Origin: Nemertoderma westbladi
Lineage: Eukaryota > Animalia > Xenacoelomorpha
Direction of reading: 5' to 3'
Length of the DNA: 64,000 bases
NCBI GenBank assembly: GCA_032718475.1
Contig: JAUCBJ010001004.1
Span: 1-64,000 of the forward strand
Position 1 is the first letter of the stretch. Each line of letters opens with the position of its first letter. The position numbers were made by a program, and so were the translations under genes. The notes beneath the pieces were generated by a model. It saw nothing but the letters and a program-made list of their open reading frames with translations, searched no databases and was not told the origin of the DNA. Shown here one piece after another: positions 48,875-61,953 of the stretch.

Positions 48875-51800
48875 TGTTTGGTTCCCGATAAATAGGTATA
48901 TTGTTTTTCTTTATCGGTTTTTCAACCTTTGTTTGATAGTGACCCCAGGGAAGTGAATGATTTTTATTAACCCAATAAAGTTTATCGTCAAATGCGCTGA
49001 GAGCAAACTTATCTCGTGCTACAGTGTACACTTTGTGTAATTGGCTCTGAAATTGATGCATTTCCTTGGAAATTTCCTCGTTATGTTTATATGCTCTTAA
49101 ATAATCTTCGTGGCAAATATTTTTATCCACGACAGCTCTTGTTATTCCTTTCGCCCGTCGTATATTGGATTCATTCCATTCTAAAATTGAATATAATTTT
49201 GGTCTTAAAAATACCGCTTGTTTAATTTCACGTGAGGCTAGTTCATCTTTACAGTAATAGAGCCTGGATTTATTTTTATCACTGTAGAGAGGGTGATCCT
49301 TGGGGTAATTGGATGTATCTAGAATATTATTTTTAATTAAGGCTTTTAAAAAATTATTCTGCGATGTATTATAGTAACAACCTATTAAAGAGTCCGTATC
49401 TGATGCTACAATTTCAATACGACAGTTTAATTCTTTCTCAATAGGTAGCAATTTATTGTAATACAGCTCATACATATCCAATTTAGCCAAGTCCAACACA
49501 GTACTACCTACATAGACTGGCTTATCTAGTGTTGCAGCTTGCAGAGTCTTTCACTAATAAATGTCCCGATAAGGAATCGTTATAAATCATGAAATTTTCG
49601 TGATTTATACGTTTCACCAATAAATCACATTTCTCTTTACTATTAGCGATACGAAAGTTGCAACGGTCCCGTATCTTTTCAATCGTTTTTCCAAATAACG
49701 AATTATTTAGAAGCTTTGCAACAGCTGTTTCAATGTAACTTTTTGCAATTCGCCTTTGATTAATATTAAAATCTATATAGGGTTTAAATACAAAGTCTTG
49801 ATGGAAAGAATACAATTTATGGAGCTTAGTAACAATTAAACCTTGTTTTATATAACATTTTAACAGTTTCAAATTTACATGATAGAATTCCTTATCGAAT
49901 TGTGTCAACATAAGTTTTGGAGCACACATCTTATAATTGCTATTAGTACCTCTTTGTTTACAAACATGATTATATTGTTCCCTCATATATGGTGAAAGCA
50001 TTGTCTCATTTATACTTAAATGTTCTGGGGCTAAGGGTAGTTCTAATGTACGATCATGAATATCTTTGGGATATTTCAAATCGCAAATTAAGAAAAACCC
50101 AATATCCCCTTCAGTATCAAGATTTGTTAAATACTTTATTATTTCTTCTGGGGCGGCATTCTCTAAATATGTAACGTTGACTTGTTCAAAACCTGAAACA
50201 GGTAGCTTTTTACTTAAATTACCGGAATACAAGGAATTAAAATCTATATTGAAAATATGACACTCTTCCTTGCTTGGATCATAATTATCAGTATCTGGTA
50301 TATTTGATTCTATGTAATGCTTTCGACAGAATGAAACCCCTCCTCTAATAGATGCTTCAAAATCTCTATATGTTTGGTAATCTTTTATTAATGCTAACTT
50401 ACATTTATTGTATTTCAGGGCGCAATCATAAGTGAAAGCTGCGATACTACAATAATAAACTACTTCTAATTCGTAGTTTTGTCTACATACTCTCCTAAAG
50501 TTCTCAAATATATCAGCGAGGAGACAAACATCGAGTTTTAAGTATGCTAAAAGATAATCCTTGAGATTCACACAGTCAAACTGACTCCATGATGTGTTGG
50601 CAAAACTATATTCCTCGGGAGTACAGGTATTTTGTGTTAATTTACTATAAAATTTGTCTATTGATGGTAATTTCGAATCATTGAATTTATTTAAATCTGT
50701 CAGATACTCATAGGGGAATATACCTTTTCGTTTAATTGTTGCATTATTTAAATTTGGATAAAAATATTTCATTTGCTGTTCAGTAATTGGTAGAACTGAT
50801 GTTATATCCTCGCTGTCTATATCCTTTGTTGAACAATCAACTAAAGTACTTAGGGAAAAGGATAAAAATTGATATGTGTCTAAGACACGTAGCTCGATCT
50901 TAGTTTTTTCATCTTTCACTGGTATATGCATGCTTAGTGAAATATACCTTTCAGAATTTTTAGGGATCACCTTTATATCCCAATCGGAATATTTATTGTT
51001 GGTAAAACCAACTTGTAAAAGAAAATGCAAATCGTAGAGATTGCAGTTGTGTGCAGCGAGTATATACATGTGTCGTTTCAACGATAAAGAGCGGTTACAC
51101 GCGTTACAAGCGGCTGCTATATAGTTACCAGTAATATGTGAGTGATGTTTGTTTTTCTCAGATTTATCCTTAAATAAAACATAATAATAATAAAAGCAAG
51201 TTTTAGCTTTCCAAAAACTTAACTTATCTACATCATTAAGTATTATTTTCTCTCTTGTGTGGGTTTCTGCCCACTTATATAATTGGGTGATGTCATTATA
51301 TACAGAGTCTAAAAAGTCTTGAATACAGTTGTTGTCGATTGTTTTTGTAAAGGTCTTCAAATAAAATTTTGGTGGATTGATTAATTCACTACTAGGAACA
51401 ATTAAATAACTTACAGCGCATGGAATATGATTCTGAATAAATTTACTGTTGGTGGCTGGCTCCAAAATAGATTCTATGTCAAAATATATTACAAACAATG
51501 CTGGTAATGTTCTGTCTAAATTTCTAAAGCTAATGTGAGTTCTTTTTTCAGACGGTAGCTTCTCAACTTGACTTTTTCCTCGATAACAAGCAAGACGGTG
51601 ACGTTCTAGAACTTGCTTGGTGTAGAAAGGCGCCAAACACCGTTCACAAAATTTCCTACATCTAATACGCTTACCTGTTGTATTCATCAAACGATTCAAG
51701 TTAGTTATGCAAACATAATGTGATTGTTTACTCGTATTCTTATTTTTTACAAGTAATATATTCAATAACTCTTTATCTGGAGTGATTTTACTAAATGGTG

Positions 51801-52881
51801 CCTGTCTTAATATAGATACTCGATTGTTGTCGTAGAGTAATAAATTAATTATATATGCTGAATTCTGTTTTTCAAAAAGTTTAATTGCAAGCGACCATTC
51901 TGTTGGATAATCTTTGTTCCCGTTGTCAAAAATAAAATAATTCATGTAATCTGAGTACTGCGAAGTACGATATTTGTGATCTTTCACTTTGCTACTAAAT
52001 TTTGTGGCTATAATAGCCCATTTGAAACAGTCATTCTCAGCCGTTTGTATATTTATTGTACAATTTTTACCTGATAGAGTCTTAGGTAACTCCATATAAC
52101 CGTGTCCTTTATATAGTAACGACCTACACTTGGATTCAGCTACTTTAATTTCCACTCTTAATAAAGATTTAACGCACCACCCTGAGCCACGAGTGTTAAA
52201 TATGGCTATTTTTTGCATTAATTTTTCTAGTACATACTCAAACCATGTGTCAAAACTTTCATGTGAATCTACGGTATTAACTGAACCACCTGAAGAACTA
52301 AAATAGAAAGTTTCTTCTTGGTCACCCTCTGAAAAATGTGATCGATACATGAGTATATTCACACCTAGCCAGGGTCTAAGTACATTCATTTCGCTAAGTT
52401 TTCCTAATAATAAGTTTTTAATATGAGGAAGAATATGAACTATTGATGAATGAATATCAGGAAAAGCTTCATCATTTGGAAGATTGTAAACATAGATTTC
52501 TAAATGGTTATCGTGTGCGGATCGTTCGATGCTAAAAAATGATGGACCTTGACCAGATTTCAGTCTTTTTCTAGATGCGACAGTATTGTTTTGGTTCCGT
52601 TGTGGTGGTCTAACATGATAATAACGTTGGTGACAGTCGTGACGTAAATAATTATCATATAAATACTCTTTATTACAAGTAGGGCAAGTTTTTTCATACA
52701 CGTAAAACTTCATTTCTTTACATCCCGCAGTTGATTCATGTCGTTTGCATATTTCTTCTGTAGGTGTAAAAACATGACACTTAAAACAAGAATAACCTTC
52801 AAAATGTGACCTTAGGTGGCGTAAATAATTACGTTTAGAAATTTGAAGAGGACAAAATGCACATTTCAATTGTTTATCCAT
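48855..52881 (-). pseudogene. polB: Protein-primed family B DNA polymerase with one frameshift (~49530-49550)
   Basis: Exo motifs YFDIES, AHNCNLYDLHF and YLKLDV; KGIFPYEY; polymerase motifs IDFNSLY, KLLNNSLFGK and SDTDSL. N-terminal C2H2 fingers and an EndoVII-like HHSHITGNYIAAACNACN insert. The LDKPVYVGSTVLDLAK segment continues in another frame. Confidence 0.95.
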
Positions 52882-53423
52882 CTCTTTATTATCCTAAAAA
52901 CAAATTAAAATTAATATGAATATTGTTATATATATAATCAAAAAAATTCATAAGCTACTCAACACAAATAAAATATAATATCTAAACTTTAATTAATTTA
53001 ATATTTTCAGAATGAGCTCGATTGAATCAGATGAGCTCTTTATATATATTTCAAGTTTCTACTTATATCAACCAATCATAAATAACAGTTACATTGGAAA
53101 CTAATATCATAAATAAAGTTGCTTTTACAACTGAATTCTTTATAATAAAATCAAGTCTAAACCAAGATGTGCATAATACGTTTTTAATTTTCATTGATAA
53201 AGTAGGTTTTACATGCTAATGTTTTATTATGGTGGTGTAAACTCACGCATTTACATGGGAATGTTTTTATACCTAATCCCGTGCTCACATTAAACTATCG
53301 CCAATATTTACTCAATAAAGTCACCTTTACATGCAAATACTTTATAATAATCATGCTTTGTGTTAAAAAGTTACCTTTACTAGTTAGTGTGAAACTGAAA
53401 AAAAGTCTCTAGTTAATAATAAA

Positions 53424-54467
53424 TCAATCTGATACTGTTTTTATATGTTCCTTATTGTAATCTGCTACCTCTTCACTTGCTTTTGTAACTTTTATTTTCT
53501 TTGTAGGTATAGAATCATTGTTGGGAATGGAAGATGTTTGAGATGTAGATCTGCGCTTTCTATCACTCGATGTCTCTTCGATGTATGTCTTTGGATTAAA
53601 TGTAGATGAAACTACTTCTGGAAATGACTTATTAACCTTAAACTTCCAAGTTGGTTGATATAGAATCGCGAAACCGTCTGCTATATCAGTTGATGAAACC
53701 TTTAACATCATATCATAGAGAAACTCTATATGTGGTATGTCTTTATCGTAATGTAACTGTAAATATTTGCTTTCCTTGTCTGTAATAATTACTTTTTTTT
53801 CTTGTACATTTATTTTTACTTTAATTCGGTCAGATAAAGCTTTATCGCCCGTATCTAGCTCTGAAAAGACACCTTCGTTACTAATTTCATAATTCCATTC
53901 ATACCACAATGAATTTACTTCCGATGCTGTTAAGTTAAACCCATTATAATACCTAAGACCAATAGCATCAGAATATCTAGCTGAAATCTCCCATAGTCCC
54001 ATATAAGTCGTTCCTTTATATTTGCTTACAAAACCAACAAAAGATGGGTTGGTTAAATTAACAACAGAACACTGATTTATTATTTCGAGTGGTGGTGATA
54101 ACAATTCTAATATTTCTGTCTTACTCTGAAGCAATAAATTAATGAGTGATTTGTTTAGAATTTGACATTTGCCTTGCTTCTGAATATATACGTTTTCAGT
54201 AATAACACAGGTGGAAATATTTAACTTTCCTCTTGTAAATTCTATATTAGGATAAATATTACCTCTTGAAACTGGTGATTCCTTTTGTCGGTTGATTAAT
54301 ATTTCTAAGACGTCTAGAAGGTAGAGTGTATCCTGGTAAGAAAAGCACGTTGTTACATTGCTATCGCTTGAGAGTAATATAAAGTACTTGCCATAAACAA
54401 TACTACAGGTATATTTATTACATGTAAATTTCCAAGTATTGCTTGAAGTTTTTTTAAATAAATCCAT
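53424..54467 (-). CDS. PC4-like domain protein of the Polinton, 347 aa
   Basis: FVSKYKGTTYMGLWEI...NGFNLTASEVNSL PC4-like motif shared with the 6538-8250 ORF; basic C-terminal NLS-like patches. Confidence 0.55.
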   Translation of the reverse strand: MDLFKKTSSNTWKFTCNKYTCSIVYGKYFILLSSDSNVTTCFSYQDTLYLLDVLEILINRQKESPVSRGNIYPNIEFTRGKLNISTCVITENVYIQKQGKCQILNKSLINLLLQSKTEILELLSPPLEIINQCSVVNLTNPSFVGFVSKYKGTTYMGLWEISARYSDAIGLRYYNGFNLTASEVNSLWYEWNYEISNEGVFSELDTGDKALSDRIKVKINVQEKKVIITDKESKYLQLHYDKDIPHIEFLYDMMLKVSSTDIADGFAILYQPTWKFKVNKSFPEVVSSTFNPKTYIEETSSDRKRRSTSQTSSIPNNDSIPTKKIKVTKASEEVADYNKEHIKTVSD

Positions 54468-55413
54468 AATTAGAATGAAAACTATTTTGAAAAATAAAAA
54501 CTAAATAAATGATTATTAGAATGTAAAACTTCTGTTTATATGGTTGCTTTAATACAACAGAGTGACTTACAGTGAGGAATATAGTAGCTTCGTGTAACAG
54601 ATGCAACGTGTACAGCTAAATTTATTACATTAGCGTGAGTTAGAGAGTGAAATAGCAGTAACATGTAACAGATGCAACGTGATCAATGCTAGCCCTGTCA
54701 TTCTAACTTATATGTTAACTTAGTTGACCGACCAGTCACATCGATAAAAGAAATCGATTATTATTAATAGTCGAATTAATGTATTCTATGCTATAGTAAT
54801 TATGTTAAGGAACTAGAAGCTATTTATAAACATCTGCTACCTGTGATGAAGATGAAGAATTCAATGACTATGGTATAACTCAGATATTTATCGCCTTTTT
54901 CTCTCGAGGTTGGATGGAAGAGTGATTGGTGAGTTGTGAGGAGTTATAACAGTCCCGAGTTCGAACCCTGTTGAATATTTTGTTATCTAAAAAATTGCAA
55001 AATTAAATTTAGTTACTGGTGAAAAATAGTAGAAGTTACCTGTAGACACCTCTAGCGTCTGTAAAATAAAGGTTGGTGAATATGAAAATACTGGTTGTTG
55101 AAAAATAGCGATTTGAAAAATAGTGGAAGTTACCTGATGCTAAGTGTAGACACCCGAACACCTGTAAAATAAAGGTTGGTGATTGGACAGAGTACTAGCG
55201 TTGGGTGACTAATAACGCCTCTAGCGGAAGATGCGGGAACTTGAGAAGTTGCCATGGTTACGGATGAAATGCTGACATCTGATTGGTTGAAATAATAACG
55301 ACCACTGCTAATGGTTGAAATCGTGGCTTCTGATTGGATGGAGTACTAAAATTGGATGGTAATGATGGGCTACGGGTGATCTTGGCCGGGGGGGCTAGTA
55401 ATATATACTACTG

Positions 55414-57564
55414 ACATACAGCATGCCAAGGGTGTATTTCCCGAATGGGGACATGACGGACCTGGATCTACACATGTTATCCGATGCGTCATTGGAGGCA
55501 TATGGAGCGGCACTCTACCTAGTACAACGGGAGGGGGCTCATAGGCCCAGGCTTGCATTCAGCAAAGCTAAGTCGACGCCGCCAGATTCAGCATCGGTCC
55601 CGAAACTCGAGTTGACAGCTGCGAGGTTAGGAGTAAGGGCCACAGCCTACTTGATGGATGCTATTCCCAACATAGTGGAAACACACTACTGGACGGACTC
55701 CATGGTAGTGCTTGGTTGGCTACACAATGAAAGGACGAGATACCCTATATTCGTCGCAAATAGGGTGGACGAAATAAGAGCGACAACGGAATTGGAAAGG
55801 TGGCACTACTGCCCGATGGACGAGAACCCAGCGGACTTGTTATCAAGGGGCGTAGCACGCCACACTTTCTTGAAGAAGGAAGTATTGTGGCAGCATGGGC
55901 CGCAATTTCTGAATGATAAGACAGCCTGGCCGCCGATGAGAAAGGTGGACCCGGGCTCAGGGGAGGTAGCATTAGAGGAAGAGGGAGGAGATTCAGAAGG
56001 TGAAGAGATATATAGCCAGATGGTGAGGGAGATAAGGGACGTGCAACCAAAACCGGAAGAACTGTGCAATAACCCAACGGACAAACTCCTTAGCTACAGC
56101 TCAAGTTGGTACAAGACCAAGAAGTTAGTGGCGTACTGGAGAGCCTTCGGGGATTTCCTCAAGGGAGTCGGCAAAGACATAAAAGGTAAAACAACCATCG
56201 ATCTGGAGGGAGCGGCCAGGGCCGTCATCCGCTACAAACAGAGAAAGAATTACGGCGACGAGGTGGAACGCGTCGGTAAACAACAGCATCTCCGACGGGA
56301 CAGTGAGCTGATCGCGCTGTCGCCACAACTCAATGATGATGGAATCTTAGTAATGAACTCTAGGGTGTTGAACAACAACAGTATCATCATTCCACCAAAG
56401 CCCATCATCATTCCTAATGGATCGCCGATAGTCCACCAGATCATCTGGGACTCCCATAAGTCGATATTGCACGGGGGCACCAACCGAACCCTCACGGAGA
56501 TACGAAGGACCTTTTGGGTCAAACAGTTAAGAAAGAAGGTAAAGGCGGTAGTGGGGCAGTGCCAGACCTGCCGACGAACGAAGAAGGAGTGAGCCATACA
56601 GGAGATGGCGCCACTACCGGCCAGTAGGGTGAGACAGCACGACCCGCCATTCACGTACTGCGGTGTGGATATGTTCGGGCCGATAAAGATTAAAGTGATG
56701 CGGCACACGGAGAAGCGCTAGGGCATTATCTTCGTATGTAACAACACGCGGGCGGTAGGGCTAGAACTCGCCCAAGATGCAACCGCATCGGCATTCATCA
56801 ATGCCCTAGAAAGGTTCAGAGACCACAAAGGTGGGACGATCGCAGTAATATACTCCGACAACGGAACCAACTTTGTGGGGGCAGAGAACGAGCTGGCAGA
56901 TGCCTTGGACATCATGAAAGGGGAGGAAGTCAGGGCAGCCATGAGAAGACCACAGGTGAAGTGGGAGAGGAGGACACCGTATGCTCCGCATACTCTAGGA
57001 TGCATCGAGAGACTCGTGGGTAGTTTCAGGCGTCTGATGACGAAGTTGATGAACACCCACATGGTAACAGAAGACGTACTAAGTTCAGTACTAGCAAAGT
57101 GCGAGCGTATCATTAATAGCAGACTGCTATATCCAGAAAATGATTACCCAGAGTCATTAGATGTGCTGACACCCAGTCACTTTCTAATGGAGAGGCCAGC
57201 GACCATCGACATGCGGGGTGTAGACAGAGACGATATACACTCCCGACAGAGTTGGAAAGTCGCCAAGGTGATAAGCGCGGAGTACTGGAGGAGGTGGGTC
57301 GAGGAATACCTACCCACGCTCCATAAGAGAAGCAAGTGGAGGAATACAAATAGGGAGTTAAAGGCGGGTGATCTGATGATCGTCACGGACGATACCATCA
57401 TCAACAACCAATGGCGATTGGCGAGAGTTGTGGGCACTTACTCCGATGAGGACGGAAGAGTCCGATCGGTATAAGTGCGGATAGGTGGTAAGATAGGAGC
57501 GAAAGATAGGAAGACCTACAGGAGGGCTGTAGGGAAGTGCTGCCTTCTAGAGGGTGAACCGTAG
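55414..57564 (+). pseudogene. pol: BEL/Pao pol remnant (RNase H and integrase) with in-frame stops
   Basis: LHMLSDASLEAYG, PKLELTAA, WTDSMVVL, ENPADLLSRG, H..ILHGG...C..C, SDNGTNFVGA, IERLV, LTPSHFL; stops at 56590, 56719 and 57472. Confidence 0.92.
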
Positions 57565-57699
57565 TGTTTAGTCGTCCAAGTTTTGGACTGAGGGGGGTGG
57601 GATTGAGGGCGAGATGCCCTTCCTACACATAAATATAAAAAAAATAATAAATAAAGAAAGAGAAAGTAATAGTACGTAGTAGGTACGTAGTGAGTAAGT

Positions 57700-58425
57700 A
57701 GGCAGATAGAAGTTAGTAAGAGTTAGTAGTAAGAGGGTACGTAGTACCGTTAGTTAGATAGTTAGTTAGTAGTAAGAGGGTACGTAGTACCATTACTTAG
57801 ATAGTTAGTTAGTAGTAAGAGGGTACATAGTACCGTTAGTTAGATAGTTAGTTAGTAGTAAGAGGGTACGTAGTACCGTTAGTTAGATAGTTAGTTAGTA
57901 GTAAGAGGGTACGTAGTACCGTTAGTTGGGAGAGTTAGTCAGCAGTAAGAGGGTACGTAGTACCGTTAGTTAGTAGCAAGAGGGTACGTAGTACCGGTTA
58001 GTAAGAGTTAGTGGAGTTAGAAGTTAGTAAGAGGGTACGTAGTGCCGGTTAGTAAGAGTTAGTGGAGTTAGAAGTTAGTAAGAGGGTATGTAGTACTGGT
58101 TAGTAAGAGTTAGTGGAGTTAGAAGTTAGTAAGAGGGAACATAGTACCGGTTAGTAAGAGTTAGTGGAGTTAGAAGTTAGTAAGAGGGTACGTAGGACCG
58201 GTCAGTAAGAGTTAGTGGAGTTAGAAGTTAGTAAGAGGGTACATAGTACCGGTTAGTAAGAGTTGTGTAGTTAGAAGTTAGTAAGAGGGTACGTAGTACC
58301 GGTTAGTAAGAGTTGGTGGAGTTAGAAGTTAGTAAGAGGGTACGCAGTACCGGTTAGTAAGAGTTAGTTGTAGAACTAGTTAGTAAGAGGGTACGTATAG
58401 TACCGTTAGCAGTAAGAGTTAGTGG
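57700..58425 (+). repeat. Tandem array (43-bp then 51-bp units) inside element C
   Basis: Core TAAGAGGGTACGTAGTACCG(G)TTAG repeated about 15 times; nearly C-free on the + strand outside the core. Confidence 0.92.
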
Positions 58426-58931
58426 TAGGAGGATATGTATAATATAAAATATAGTGAGAGTTAGTAGAGATTAGTTAGGAAGTTAGTAGAGCTAGTAGTG
58501 AGTAGCGAGAGAGGGGCACGTGGGTACAGCTGGATAAATCATGTAGGCCACGCGACGCATACTGTTGTACTGCACAAGCCCACAGAGTAGGCCAGAATGT
58601 GGATTATAAAATAGAATAATCCATTGGCGGAATACTGATAGCACAGTAGTAGGATTAAATTAAAATAAAATAAAATAAATTAGAAATTAGACAAATTATG
58701 GTAACAGTAGGAGAAATATTCTGGAACATAATTAAAGTAACGGACAGAATTACGAAATTTAGTACAATTTGACAGTTTTAGAAAATTAGGTAGGAAAATT
58801 AGGCGATAACCTAGGATTCTGTGAGAGATAGGCCATTATCGGACTGTATAAACCATCCTAACTTTATCACTCATCTGTACTGCACCTTGGCAAGGCACCA
58901 CCTTACGGGTGAGCGATTGAGAGAGTCCAAA

Positions 58932-60857
58932 ATGGCAGAGAAACTTGTCTGAAAGAGAAAGGCGGAGTTAGGAGGAAAGGAGATACTGGTGGATTTCACC
59001 GAGAGGCATCCGGAAGAAAAGACGAGGGGATACTACGAGCGGTTAGAGAGGGGTCACAAAGCGCGAGCACTACAGGACCATTTCAGGGAGGTGCACGAAC
59101 AGCGGCTGGTCGGGACCTACGGGACGCCGTCGCTGGACAATGCGATCTTCGAGCATTTCCACTATGTGGTGAAGGGAGACGAGGCGAAGTTCGGGATTCC
59201 GAAGTACACAAAGGAGCCACCGAGAAAGGATTGGAAGAGGTTTGTAGAGTCCGTCAACAGGGGAGGATACATGGTCCTAGACGATGAGGGGACCGTGGAA
59301 GACGAGGAAGGTTCAAGAAGAGGATCGGCGGGATTGGACTCCTACATTTGGCCGCGCCAAATGGGGACATTTTCCTATTCGATCTGGGAACGTATGTGAA
59401 GAAGAACGGGCCGAAGTTGAACTGGTTGCCAAAGGCGGTGCAAACCCTAGTAAGGGAGAAGTCGACGACAAAGGTGGGATCGGCGATTCGCGACGATGCA
59501 GAGAGAATCATCGGTCCGGACACCCCCAACCGCCTGGACATGCAGACGGTCTACATGGCTATGACAGCACCAGACGGGTTGGGACTAGTGGAGAACGCAG
59601 GTCATTGTGGAGCGGTGGCGATGGGCCAGCTAACGGGGCTCGTGTGTCACAAACCAATGGACTGGGGCAAATTCAGAGAGGAGTACGGAGCGGAGTTAGT
59701 GAACTCGCTGAAGTGGGGAGCGAGGCCAGGGAAACAAGAGGTGTATCAATTCCGGAGAGGAGCGATAAAGGTATATCAGAAGCGATATATCCTGCAGGAG
59801 GACTGGATAATGATGGGTTTGCTAAACCTATTCATGACCGTCGTCATTGAGAGAGAACCAACGGCATTCCTGCTATCGGGATCACTCCTGAACTACAGAA
59901 GAGCCTTCAAGACGGCTTTCGAGGGTCTGGTAGACCACCCGGGGCTGAAGGGCGAGTCGGTATACTATAACTGCCGACATCTAGTAGACGGGGAGGTGGA
60001 TACGCCATATCAGAGGTGGGAGCAGCTAGAGGCGGATAGATGAGAGGCGAAGCGATTGGAAGAAATCGCTAGGCGAGAAAGGAGGGAGGCAGAAGAAAGG
60101 GAGGAGGAAGCAAGCAAGGAAAGCTACGGGTTCGAGGAACAGACGGCCTTAGATGAACTTCGTTGGACATCATCAGGGAGTTCGGGCAAGTCTCTAGGGC
60201 GAGAATTAGGGTGGACGGTGGGATCACCGAAACAGTCGACATCGGGATTGCAGACGACGCCAATACCAGCGGGCGCCGAGGGCGATTATACACTGAGGAC
60301 GCCAGTGCGACTGGATGGACGATGAAGAGAAGTTTAGGATCTTCGAGGAGTGGGCCGACGTCGGCGCCATGACACGGCAGCGTATGTAGGCCCAGGAGTT
60401 CCGGTGGGGCTTCTTTAATATCAACCAGGAGGCCCACCTGGAGATTATCAAACAGAGACTTCCGTTTACCTACCAGGAGGTATCAACGGCGGTGTCGTAT
60501 GCCGGGGTGATAAATACGCAGAGGTATTTGGATAGGTAGACGCCACAGAACCGAGGGGAGTTCAGAGATTTCTTGGCGGAGCATGTGCCGCGGGCGATGA
60601 AAGTGATCCTATGGGACGCCACTAGGGGGAAACAACAGGGCCATTCGGAGGGGCCACCCGCGAAGCGATACCGGGAGCTGATAACACCAGCGCCCAAGGA
60701 GTCGACGACGGGGATTAGTAGAGAGGTGACGGCGAGGGTCAGGAGTCTGAAGGGAGATAAGACCAAGGGAGCGGCAGCGGCCAGGAAACGACCAAGGGAG
60801 GAGGATGACAGAGGGAAGGATATGAGATGGTTCCCAAAGTCAGGTGGAACGAACTAG
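58932..60857 (+). pseudogene. Accessory ORF of element C with DEDDy 3'-5' exonuclease domain (WRN-exo/EXD/Mut-7-like), disrupted
   Basis: ExoI YMVLDDEG; IGLLHLAAPNGDIFLFDL; LPKAVQTLVREKSTTKVGSAIRDDAERI (ExoII); LDMQ; QKRYILQED (ExoIII-like). Frameshift at ~59300-59335 and further stops downstream. Confidence 0.72.
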
Positions 60858-61129
60858 GACTTGGATGTGGGATGCCTGGAAGGCACCACATGAGAAGTAC
60901 GGACTCCTAAGTGCAAAATTTAAATAATTAAAAGTGCAATTAGTATGTACGTATGTAATAATCATTAGTTTAGTAAGCAAATATAATCAAAGTAAATACT
61001 ATAGTCATATAACCTTTTCCAATTAGCTACTGGGACTGGGGACCAATTGACTATGACAGACGAGACGTTGGACGACATCACACTTCTTGAGTGCGACGGC
61101 ACAGGAGGGGGGGGGGGGGGGGGGGGGGG

Positions 61130-61953
61130 TGAGACTCGTCAGGAGTGAGTGGGTGAGATAGGGGTTGAGTAATAGCGCGGAGAGAGTGCGGATGCAATTC
61201 AAGTTTGGGGGGGGGGAGAAGTAAGAGGCAGAGTGAGGGACAAGGAGGTCCGAGAGTTAGAGCGGAAGTAAAGGGAAGTAGTGGAGAGTCAGGGTGAGAG
61301 TGGAGGAGTTAGAGTGGAGTTAGAGTGGTGAGAGTGTTGGGGAAACAAAAAATTGTGTGCGAGAAGCCCACAATCGGCCCGACATGGGACGCCAGATGTC
61401 TTGGTGCAAGATAGATAAAGTTGCACCAAGACGGGGTAGCGATATCATACCCATAGGGAGCGGCCTGGAAAGCCGACTCCGAGAAAAATAACTCCACCCC
61501 ACACCCGATAGTAAATCGGGATCCAGCGGAATTTTAGCGCACTAGAGGTGGATGCTAACTTCTCACCAGGAAGATAGCATGGGGGGGGGGAGTGTTAGCG
61601 AATTCAATTCCGCTAACCACCCCATAAAGTTGGGCAAGCGGGGCCTTTAAGCAATATTGGGGAGTACGAGGTTGATTGCCAATCGACCTCGTATCACCCC
61701 CAAATAACGGGGACGACAAACCCCAAAGGGCCACACACAATGGGGGTCAGAGGTTACACCTCCGGGAGAGGGAAAGTGACAGTGGAGGGGGAAAACACTC
61801 CCAGAGAGATGGGAGGGCGAGAATTAGGTTATTAGCCAATGGGGGGCAGGCATCCGCTGAGTAATACGGCCAACCCAGTGCAGTATATTACCCATTGATG
61901 TTCCTCATTCATTCAGTCAACTTAGTCAGTTCAGTTAGGGCAGAATGGAAACA
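61130..61953 (+). repeat. Putative 3' LTR of element C
   Basis: TG start immediately after a long poly-G tract; composition changes after ...GGAAACA (61953). No second copy in the window to confirm the ends. Confidence 0.45.

Larger units (their letters stand above)
9513..55412. mobile_element. Endogenous Polinton/Maverick (adintovirus-like) element, left part missing, interrupted by nested LTR retrotransposons
   Basis: Carries pPolB, major capsid, minor capsids, adenain and core-protein genes. The right end ...ATATATACTACT at 55412 abuts BEL pol coding sequence. Integrase and packaging ATPase are not in the window. Confidence 0.9.
55413..61953 (+). mobile_element. BEL/Pao LTR retrotransposon C, 5'-truncated by the Polinton end
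   Basis: Pol RNase H-integrase remnant, tandem repeat, accessory ORF, poly-G PPT (61103-61129) and a putative LTR starting TG at 61130. The right boundary is approximate. Confidence 0.75.

Noticed and set aside
57700-58425. Tandem array as a CRISPR array
   Set aside because: The intervening sequences are themselves repeats rather than unique spacers; eukaryotic retroelement context and no cas genes
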